From contig JALDTO010000192.1 of the NCBI GenBank assembly GCA_023515725.1, positions 558,001-622,000 of the forward strand: 64,000 bases of DNA, given 5' to 3'. A model generated the notes under the pieces. It saw only the letters and a program-made list of their open reading frames with translations, was not told the DNA's origin and made no database searches. Within the stretch, counting starts at the first letter, position 1, and each line of letters starts with the position of its first letter. The position numbers and the translations under genes are program-made. Of this stretch, positions 53,823 to 64,000 are shown piece after piece. This DNA comes from Amoeboaphelidium protococcarum X5. Taxonomy: Eukaryota > Fungi > Aphelidiomycota.

Positions 53823-54929
53823 ATGGTGTCTATTGACGTGGAATAGACTTAGATCTTAGACGTATAGTCCGCTGACTAGCAGTTACCTCCTAACAATAAT
53901 AATGATAAGTAAAGAGCGAAAGATAGAAAGAGAAAGTCTGATGGTGGTGCATTATCTGAGCGCGATGCTAAAAAGAAGCTTCGTCAAGAGCGAAAGTTGA
54001 AGAAGAAACTCAAGGTCTCCGAACTATTGGAGCTACCCGTGGAAGATGTCAGTTCTATCGGCGCGTTAAACCCGGAGAAAAAGTAGAAATACAATAATAA
54101 TCTGGGTGTATGGATTGGAAATCTCGCTTTCAGTACCAAGGCTGAGTAGTTGAAAAAGTTTTTGATATCGCATCAGACTACACCATCGGCTATAACGCGT
54201 TTGAAAATGCCACATTAGAAGTTGAGTGGTTAGTAGCTCTTTAATAAAGGATTTGCTAAAGTGTACTTTGAGTCTGAAGATGGTGTCACCCAGGCAGTGA
54301 CATTGTCCGAATCAGACTTTGAAGGTAGAAAGCTGCTGATCAAGCGTATAGATAATTTTGAAGGCCGACCTGATGAAGAGTCGCGCGTCATTGGTAGTGG
54401 CGGTGAGGATGGCAATGGTAAGCTGTCGGGTAAGTCCACCCACCTAGTACCAAACACGAAAATATTTATTGGTAATCTGCCGTTTGATACCAAGCTGGCG
54501 GATGTGCAGTAATGGTTCTCTCAGTATGGCCCGATCGCTAATGTCCGTCTCGCTCAGTTTGAAGACTCTGGAAAGTGTCGCGGTTTTGGGCACGTTATCT
54601 TTTATAACCTGGAATCAGCTAAATCTGTTATCAATGCATCCACCCAAGGACACTTGAAGGTGGAGTTTAAACGCAAGAGTCAGGATGATGATTCCACACC
54701 AGCTGAGAGCGTAGAGTGTAAAGTCAAAGTGGAGTATGGAGCTAAACACGACGCCAAGACATTCTCTAATGTCAAAAGAAATCGTGATTAAAATAGGTCG
54801 GGATTTAAAGATAGACATGCTAGGCGCGATAATTATCAAGTCGGACAGGATTCACCTGCTATTTAATAGTAATAATAATAGTAGCAGAAACCTCAAAATA
54901 CAAAGATTGTCTTCAGTGACGATGACTGA
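53823..54929 (+). CDS. Nucleolar two-RRM protein, Nop13-like
   Basis: GVWIGNLAFST, NKGFAKVYF, LSESDFEGRKLLIK, IFIGNLPFD, FEDSGKCRGFGHVIF, KIVFSDDD*. Confidence 0.8.
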
Positions 54930-55089
54930 TAGATACAGTAGGCTGATGCTTTCAATATCTCGCTTCATGACTGAGACTGAAATTTTTAATAAAATTTAAA
55001 GTGCACCTAAACAGACATAATGTATATTCACATTCTATTTGAAATTCCCTTCCACTAATCCATTATCCAAGCATCAATCAATCAATCAG

Positions 55090-55647
55090 TCAATCAAATG
55101 TTATAAGCTCATGCTCGACCACCACTAACTAAAGATGAGAAATTGATGTAAAGTCAAATGAAGAAAGCTTACCTTCTTTCTACAAACGGGGCCTAGCCAT
55201 GGACGAGGAAGACTGAGGATTCATTTTCTATGCATTAAATCCAGCTGTGGTGGATGATGTAGCTCCAATAGGTGGAATGTAATCACTGGCTGATGATTAT
55301 GATCTCTCAGCCAACTCCTCCTCTCGAGCCACCTTGGCATTGAGCCAACTTTACCAAGAGCAAAACACCAGAAAGAAAGCGTAAACCGCTGCAGCTATAA
55401 AGCAATTATTCGCCGCAGTCTCAGTGTCTTCAATAGGTTCCTTGCCTTTAGTGAGAACGTGGTTGCCTTACTTTATAAGCGATCCCAACACTAACTACAT
55501 CAATGTGATAACAGTCACCAATACATGTGGGTGGATGTAAGTTTAGCTGTAATAAAATCTCAATTAAAATCATACCAAGAATACAATGCCAAAGGCACTA
55601 AGTCCAGAACAATAAATAGACTATATCCGACTCACATAAGGCTTCAT
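55090..55647 (-). CDS. V-ATPase subunit f / RNASEK homologue; intron 55495-55575 (3' end uncertain)
   Basis: MKPYVSRIQSIYCSGLSAFGIVFL|LVLG..AANNCFIAAAVYAFFLVFCSWQ resembles the two-TM subunit f family. Confidence 0.75.
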
Positions 55648-55988
55648 GATACTATACCCTTGGACTCTAGAAATTTATGCAGGATTTTACGGCAAAAGAA
55701 CGATTTAACTGCGAGCTGAAAGAGATTATTGTGCGCGCAAAGACTTTTCACTAAAGAAGGGACGAGCTTATCAGAGCAAGAGAGAGAAATCGAGAGAGTT
55801 GTCGTTGTGGACTTTATTATTCTGTCTGAAAAAGATTTTTTCCCCGTCTCTGTTCCTTAGGAATTCCGCCGCCTGCCAACTTTCACTTCACTTTCCTTTC
55901 GATCCTCCAACGCTAATCATCATCATCATTATTCTTAATACCATTTACAGTAGAGTTTTCTTATAACTAATAAAAACTATTATATAAA

Positions 55989-56351
55989 ATGCCGGGAAAT
56001 ATGCCATTGTTGGAGGTGGACAACTGGTTGCACCAGGTTACTTGCTTGTATGCTGCAGCCATTCCTATATACATCTTTGTGAACAATCACCTGGGCCCAA
56101 AGACGATGGAGCCAATGTTCTGCCGTGATTTCCTCATGTCTCACTTTGAGAAGATTGCCTCTGCTCCGTCTGCAGTCTAGGCTGCACAAGCTGGTTCATC
56201 ATCAGCATCATCTGCCACTACTGCATCATTTGTGCCAAAGCTGTAAAAGTTGCCATTTGCCAGATTTGGTAATGCCGCTTTCGGTAGCGGAAATGTTCGT
56301 TCCCGCGTCGCTGGAGTCACCTTGAAGGGATTGGCTGCTCTCTTTAAATGA
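55989..56351 (+). CDS. ATP8: Putative nucleus-encoded ATP synthase subunit 8 with C-terminal targeting-like extension (120 aa)
   Basis: From Met at 56001, MPLLEVDNWLHQVT..I...I.......P........RDF aligns without gaps to yeast Atp8 as recalled (M1,P2,L4,Q12,T14,I21,I25,P33,R42,F44); uses the nuclear code (TAG/TAA=Gln). Confidence 0.65.
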
Positions 56352-56810
56352 GAATTTAATGATTTAATGTTGGAATCATATGAAATAAATGCAGATCTAG
56401 TTCTCTAGTACTGTTTTCAGTCTTTGTACATTTGGATGTAAAACTACATGGTGGAAAGTTGGTACTTTTATTAGTGCTTCGTAATCGCCTACCACTGTCA
56501 GTTACTGCAATACAACATACGATCACAGAACGATTCAAAATGTTAAGTATGACGTAAATCGCTTTAACAGGTACACGTATATATGCGAAATCGCCCAATT
56601 ATCACTCTATATATGAACTAAATGATATCATAGTTGAACGAAGGGCGCGCGTGTAGAGACTGTTCAAATAATAAGGCTCAACTTTCGAGACGCCTTTGCG
56701 CGCTTTTTATCTCTTTGCCGTTGTTACACAGAGGTGTTGCGCGTAAAATTACAGTCGCTGTCGTCAAAATTATTCCCTTAACTCGTGGTTACTTACTTAG
56801 TAGGAGTGTT

Positions 56811-57836
56811 ATGAGCATGCTGTCAAAGGCAAAGAAAATTGGTACGCATAGTGGCACCTTCCATGCGGATGAGAGCTTGGCGTGTTGGATGTTGAAGCAG
56901 ACTAAAGAGTTTGCCGATGCAGAGATTGTCCGCTCCCGTGACCCGTCTGTGCTTGATCAGTGTGATATTCTGGTGGATGTTGGTGGTGTGTATGATCCAG
57001 CGAAGCATAGATACGATCATCATTAGAGGGAATTTAATGAGTTCATGTCTATCGGAGGCACTGATTACAAGGTTACCAAACTGTCTTCTGCCGGTCTTAT
57101 CTATCGTCACTTTGGTAAAGAGGTGTTGTAGAGTATCATGGATGACAACAGTTAAATCACTGGATTGACTGCAGGCGCTGATTATAAGGCTGACATTGAC
57201 GTGGTGTACAAAAAGGTGTATGATGACTTTATCGAGGCTATGGACGCCATCGATAATGGAGTATCGCGTTACCCGGACACGGTGAAGGGAAAGTACCGTG
57301 AGAGTACACATTTGTCTGCTCGCGTTGGACGCCTTAATCCATGGTGGAATTAGGATGACTCTGATATGGATGAACGCTTTGCCAGAGCAATGTAGATTTG
57401 TGGCGAGGAATTGAGAGATCGCGTACTGTTCATCTCCAAAGCATGGCTACCAGCTAGAGACTTGGTTAAGAAGGCGCTGGATGATCGATACAAGGTGGAT
57501 AAGAGTGGAAAGATTTTGGTCTTTGATCAATCGCTACCTTGGAAAGAGCATCTGTTCGATCTTGAACAAGGTTTGGATATCTATGAAGAACGGCCTCTAT
57601 ATGCTCTATACCCTGATTGGAGTAACAAATGGCGTGTACAATGCATTCCCCTATAAAGTGAAGGATTTACCAACCGTAAGCCTCTGCCGGAGTCATGGCG
57701 TGGATTGCGTGATGAAGCCCTGTCTCAGCACATTGGTATCCCTGGCTGTATATTCGTACACGCTGCTGGCTTTATTGGTGGTAACGCTACCAAGGAAGGT
57801 ACTCTTCAAATGGCTATCAAGGCTGTTTAAAGTTGA
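56811..57836 (+). CDS. MYG1: MYG1 exonuclease
   Basis: IGTHSGTFHADE, DVGGVYD, YDHH(Q=TAG)R, KLSSAGLIY, DAIDNG, FVHAAGFIGG. Confidence 0.95.
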
Positions 57837-57978
57837 TCATTGATCAAATTTTGGAGTATAACATGAAAAATTGCTTTGCATATAATAGGGAGCGTATTAA
57901 ATTTGATCGCAGCTTTAATTTGATCTTTTCACCTGTCTTGTCATTTCATCGCGCGTTGCAACTTTTAAGTCGTCAAGT

Positions 57979-59429
57979 ATGAAGCATTTATTATAGTCAA
58001 TCGCATCCACCACCCTCTTGCTAGCTTTGATGCTAGCGCAAGTCTGCGCATCATCACCTGCTACTAGTACTTTCGGTAAATAGGTGCTAGTGGTTGCAGA
58101 TAAGGGAAGCGTGGCACAAGTTGAAAAGGATTACAGCTAATTTTGGTCTCAGCTAAAGAGTATGTCCTATATAACATTCTTCCAATCTATTTTCACAAAT
58201 TAATACTGTATGTAGAGCGAGATTTTAATTTGACTTTTGCTGATGTGTCCACCGCTGAGTTGTTCAAGTATGGTTAGAAGACGTGCGATAACTTGATTAT
58301 GTTCTCACCTGAAGTCTAGTCGCTGGGTGGCAGCGGCGGTAATAATAGCAAGTTCAGTGCTAGCGATGTTATTGCCTTTGTCGGTCAGGGAGGTAATGTG
58401 TTGCTGACTGCATCATCCACCTCTGGCTCAGCAGTTCGTAAATTGGCTTTAGAGTTTGGATTTGAGTTGGATCCCAGCGGTACTTTATTAGCGGGCGCGA
58501 GCGACAAGGTGGTGGATAAGTCTCTTGATGCTGAGTATGGTAGTGGTAGTGGTAATATGACTGTTATAAAGGTGGATGTTGATTCCGAGTTGCCATTCCT
58601 TACCAAGTCTGGTGGTAGTGGTTAGGTGTTATTCCACGGTATTGGACATCGCTTGGTCGAACATAACAACTTGGTGTTCCCTGGCTTGAAAGTTGATTCT
58701 AATTCAGTCGATATTATTGACTCCAAGACTGGTACTAAGAAGAAGACTACGGGAGATGATAAAGATAATGTTCTAGTAGGTCTATCATAGGCAAGGAACA
58801 ATGCAAGAGTGTTATTTACCGGTTCTATGGCCATGTTTTCTGATAAGTTTATGAAAGCGGATGGCTAGAGTGGTAATGCTCAAGTTGTTACCTAATTAAC
58901 CAGTTGGCTATTCCAGGAAGTTGGTTAGATCAGAGTAAAGTCTGCAAATCACCATAGATTGAATGAGAAGAAGCCACTGAAATAGTACAGAATCAAGGAT
59001 CCATTTGTGTATGAGATTGAACTGGAAGAACTAGTGAACGGTAAATGGCGCCCATTCTAGTTGCCATCCAAGGATGATAAGGTGCAGTTGGAATTTGTAA
59101 TGTTGGATCCATTTATCAGAACTAATCTGGTGCCTTCGCAGGGTGGAAAGTTTGTGACGCGCCCGGATTTAATCCTACCTGATGTCCACGGCGTATACAC
59201 CCTCAAGGTCGAGTACAAGCGCAGAGGTTACTCGTACATTGTGCAGAAGGATGTGGTTAGTATCGTGCCGTTTAGACATAATGAGTATCCGCGATTTCTG
59301 GTAGCTGCGTATCCGTATTATGCTAGCGTGGGACTGAGTATGAGTGTGTTCATCTTATTCACCATGTTCTATCTGTATTATCAAGATCCAAGTGTAACAT
59401 CAGCGAATGAAGGCAAGAAGAAGAAATGA
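57979..59429 (+). CDS. WBP1: Oligosaccharyltransferase subunit Wbp1/OST48; intron 58160-58215
   Basis: Signal peptide, QARNNARVLFTGS, VQLEFVMLDPFIR, PDVHGVYTLKVEYKRRG, RHNEYPRFLVAAYPYY, TM, KKKK end. Confidence 0.95.
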
Positions 59430-59587
59430 GATTGATCATTATCATCATTGACATTTAGTACTGACTGTTAATTACAAGATTATCAATTCACTAGGAATTA
59501 TTATTAACATTTACAACAAGATTAAATCCTTTATATTACAGTCGGATCAACATCAACTGAATTACATCAAACTATCTGATTAAAATT

Positions 59588-61507
59588 TCACTTTTTAATC
59601 TTGTAGAACTAAGTCATAAAGTGAATCTTGGTGCAAATTTCTTGAGCTTCGGACGGAGACTGAGCATCAAATTCATAAGTCTTTGTATCCTACTTGCCGT
59701 TGTCGTTCACAATAACCATTTTGAACGTGGTACTCTTCTTGGCCTATTTACAGCTCACTATATTAGCAATATGGAATGAGACAGTCTTGACCGAGTCGAA
59801 AAAGTTTCGATTCTCAGGCGGCATAAAGTAGATGTAGTCACCATCTATGGCCATGATGCGCTCAATCTTGGACATAATCATTGGCATCTTACGTGTGACA
59901 TTGTATCGCTTGTACACACTGGTATACTCATCCGGAATATACTGAGGCTCATCATAATCCACATCCTGCTCCATCTCTTCCGGTGGCCGCAAGAATATAT
60001 CTCCAGCAGATGGACCTCGATCCTTCTTCAATAAGCAGAGCTCCGTAAGTCCGGATGCTCCTATTGTTTTATCCAGAGGAACATCCGTCTTGGTATCAGC
60101 CATTTTCAAAGTATAATCAGACGGATCAATCTTTCTCTTCTTGGCACAGAACGCAAGAACATCACCCAGAAGCATATCTGCAGGCACAGATACCGTAGTA
60201 GTCTACTTGACTTCCAGAGTACTGTACAAATGGACTTTGATAAATAGTAGCGATGATCGAACATTTGGATTTCTATTCAAATCCATCATTGATAGCGACT
60301 AATCAGGTCTGTTGTTGTTAGATTTACTTGCAGAAATAGGAGGTAGAGGGGTTTTGCCACTGACAGGAGCAGGAGCATTTCTTTTATCATTACTGGTAAT
60401 ATTAGGACCGAAAGCAGAACTCTATCCAGTCTACTATTACTACTATTACTGTTGTTAATCTTACCGCTGCTTCTAAAGCTTCTACTGCATATTCTCACTT
60501 GGACATACGGCAAACTGGTCGAATGCGAACTTTTAAATCTTTCTATTCCTCTCCAGAGCAGGAAAATCCTCATCCACCTCTCCCTCGTCTTCCACTATCC
60601 TCAAATTCCAAAACTGAACCAACTATTTACCATCCGAGTTACTACTAGCAATAGCGGGCAATCTCTTCTCTTCCACGTAGCAGTATAGAGCATATCCGAC
60701 CACATCTTCCACCGATGCATCACGCTTGACCACTATAATACTAGCCTTGGTAGCCTAGGCCGATGATGGAAAGTATATGCGCAGAGTTACAGGGGCCAGA
60801 TCACCTCTACCACATATATGACTATAATCTTTGAATGGATTTGCATTCTGAGCACCACTCTTAACTTTGGCCGTAAGTAGAGATTTAGTCTGCTGCACTG
60901 GGACAACTTGGACTGGTGTAAATTCCAACAACTAAGCTTTTATAGCATTCAGACTATCTGCAGATTTCAACTTTTCCAGTGATGCTTTATCTGGAATAGG
61001 TGGTGGTTATGGTAAAGCAATCGCAGGTTATTATTATTACTACTACTAGTATCTCAAATCCTTCTTACTAGTATTGACACCCTGAGATTAATCCACTCTA
61101 GATTATTACAATTGTTATGACTAATGCAAGCCAACTCTGAGCTTGTTAATCTTCAAGACATCACTAGTAATATGCTAGATATTAGGACTGTAACACATAC
61201 TCTTCTCTTTAACATCCTCAGTCACATATGCATTCTAAAAATCAAAGAACAAACTCTACAACTACTGCTACTACTACTATACAGATGCAGTATTATTATC
61301 ACCGGCAGCGGAATAGTTCTACAATGTGATCTCCATCGAATCACTATCAAGACTTCCTGAGATACTCTGCTATTACTATTGTTACTATCTAAGAGTTGGA
61401 TCAATATTGGGAAATGTAATGATACGTTCAGCCAGAGGATCATCACTCTTCAAGTACATGGACCTAATCTACTAGATAGTCCACTCTGAATCTGTAATCA
61501 AAGACAT
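59588..61507 (-). CDS. SIN1: TORC2 subunit Sin1/Avo1
   Basis: MSLITDSEWTIQQIRSMYL..ERII, NPFKDY, CRIM RMVNSGSVLEFEDSGRRGEVDEDFPALER, PH domain YKRYNVTRKMPM..ERIMAIDGDYIY. Confidence 0.88.
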
Positions 61508-61895
61508 TATTATTCTTGCAACTACCTAACTTTCTTAGGATTGAGAGACTGGATTAATTAGAAGATATTATTACGGAGAGTGCAATTTTATAATATGACA
61601 ACAACTACCAGCAATAGTAAAACGTTCAATTTCTTTATTGAAACGAACAAAAGAAAAGGAAAAGAACAAGTAAGAAAGAGAGAGAGAGAGAGGGGAGAAT
61701 GAACGATAGTTTCTATAAGGGAAGAAAGCGGAAGGATCTCGCATGCCGTTCGCCCTCTACAGATTGTTCTTCTTTTCTTGAGTGCTAGTAGGTAAGAAGA
61801 TTAAATTTTTGTGATTTATCATTCCATCTAGGGAATCTACTTCATTGTACTCAGTACTGATTCAAAGCAAAATTTATAATCGGTTAACGTCAAAA

Positions 61896-62321
61896 ATGGT
61901 TGAGTCGTAATAAAGCGAAAAGGTTCCCAAGCTGGCAGCTGCTGTGATGGCTGTCATGTAGAGTATGGGCGTGCGGGAGGCCGATCCTACTGTAATACAT
62001 CAATTGATGGAGTTGACTTCGCGGACTACGCGTAAATATCTGGATAAGGCCAAGGTGCTGGCTAATCATGCTGGGCACAAACAAGTGGAATTGGAGGATT
62101 TGCAATTGGCCATTCGAATGGTTACTGAGAAGGAGTTTGTGATGCCTCTGCCGCGGGAGGTTTATGCCAGGATGGCGAATGATATTAATCGATAGCCACT
62201 ACCTCTGTTTGATGAAAAGTATGGTCTACGATTACCTCCTGAAAGAGACTGTCTGACTTAGCCAAATTACCGATTGTTGCATTAGAAAGAGTAAGATGAT
62301 AATAACACCATGAAGGATTGA
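61896..62321 (+). CDS. TAF9: TFIID/SAGA subunit Taf9
   Basis: SMGVREADPTVIHQLMEL, VELEDLQLAI, PLPRE, INRQPLP..GLRLPPERDCLTQPNY. Confidence 0.9.
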
Positions 62322-62445
62322 ATGCATGCATGAATGAATCAATGTAAATTTATTATTGTTGTATGACTGTTCAATCAGATTTAGATTTGATTAGACATGC
62401 AGGCTTATGAGGTAAATGGATGGACAACAGCGCTAGTGATAATCA

Positions 62446-64000
62446 TCATTTTCGTTGGGATTTCTTTTATGCTTTAGCTTGCTGAGCAACCTGCTAGAAG
62501 CTCTGCTGAATTACAGCCGTTTGCTATTGCTATTGTATAAGCGCTTCATTGATGGGAGGTAAGTTTTGCGGGACAGCTTTGCCTTTTGACCGAGCCATCG
62601 CACCACCAAGCCGCTCTTGTAATTACTTCTTTCTCTCTTGCTTGAGCTGGATAGCATTCACCTTCAGCTTAGTCACGGCCTTGTTCTGCATATTAGCGAG
62701 TACATTGGAACTGTAGAATTTAGATTACCGTTCATTGTTACTTAGGGCCACCGTATTCAGACGCTCCTCTGTCAGCGTTGGTGCTTAGCCATGAGCGCGC
62801 GACTTGGCATCCAACTTGAGCATAAGTTCATCCTGCTAACTGCCTTCATAAGGTTTATTAGGAAGATTGAAGTGCGTAGCAGGTACCATGGAGCCATTGT
62901 AAAAGATTACAGATTGATTCTTACCAGAGTTATGCTCCACCATATCCATGAGAGTCTTACGCTTATCCTTCCTACTGCTACCTCCATTGCTCTTTTTCTA
63001 TCTCGGCGGCAAGAGTTATTACTGAGGCTAAACCTATGGCGCATTGACTAGCTATTGCACATCACCATTTTATTAGATTAACGGGTGTTGCTACGTTGCC
63101 ATTGGCTAATCATTCGAAAAGGTGGCAGCACGCTGTCTTTGTTCCATTAGAGGAGCAGAATCTGATTAAATCGGCGTTTATTAGTACATAGGATGGTATA
63201 CTGGCTACTACGGACTTTACAAAACATACTGCTGATTATGGGGATACTACATCTATCCGGCATCATAAGGTTATACTATATACGGACTTGCTACATTTAC
63301 CTGCTGTTGATGATAAGCTGGTTATTACTCCGCATACAAATGAGGATGCGAGGCCATTTGCTGAGGATCTTATATAAGCACTTATTAGGTGGGCATCGGA
63401 GACTAATTCAAAAGAAGAGGACTTTGATCCTGAAAGATTGCAGATTGCATCATCATATTCTTCAATTAAGCCTCCAGACCACCTTGCTATTTCTCATCAT
63501 CAACAGTACCATTCACATAACGCGTAGTCTTGGGCCTCAGATCATCTTCACTTGACTCTTCAGATGAAGACCAATCTGATGAAGATGACGATTCAGTAGA
63601 GGTAGTGGATGCAGTTACAGACGATGCTGAACTCATAGATTCATCAGAGGAGAGCTAATTATCCTGTGCATCAGAATCCGAGGCTAATAAAGACTGGTTC
63701 AGTGCGCTTATCGAACCAGATGAGGATTTAGCTCCTGTTTGTAGAGTACTATTAGCAGATGAGGTGGCACTGGAGAGATACTAAATGGGAGGCGATTTTG
63801 ATTATTGTTTCATGCCATCCTTCAGTTATTTCTACTGGATCAGATTCACGCCTTTCGAGTATCTCAGACCAATTGGTTACTACTCATCCTACTGGATTTA
63901 CTTCTGCTACTCTTGCAGCATTTCATCATCGGATGCACCTTCAAGGATAGCCTTCACAGTCCTTAAGCGTTGTACCACGAAATCACGCGCCATCTCGACA
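62446..64000 (-). CDS. 3' part of a large Gln/Ser/acidic low-complexity protein (5' end outside window)
   Basis: TGA-free frame from the window edge (VEMARDFVVQRLRTVK) to KKSQRK*. Confidence 0.6.

Overview
Gene-dense eukaryotic, fungal-lineage genomic DNA with about 42 protein-coding genes, short GT-AG introns (about 52-81 nt) and small intergenic gaps. It uses a non-standard nuclear code: TAA and TAG sit at conserved Gln positions and every gene I traced ends in TGA (ciliate-type code, table 6). The supplied standard-code ORF track therefore fragments or misses most genes, and the calls below were re-read by hand with TAR=Gln. A chitin-synthase homologue, fungal-type housekeeping genes, animal-like retentions and UAR=Gln fit an aphelid algal parasitoid such as Amoeboaphelidium protococcarum (inference). 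Main findings: (1) an apparent nucleus-relocated ATP8 with a C-terminal, inverted presequence-like tail; (2) a tandem pair of secreted DNase I-family nucleases, one with an NLS-like motif and acidic tail; (3) a chitin synthase homologue with degenerate catalytic motifs; (4) a 3079-aa Tom1/HUWE1 with no HECT domain; (5) a heme-motif CBS; (6) several orphan secreted or surface proteins. All homology calls come from recalled family motifs, not database searches.
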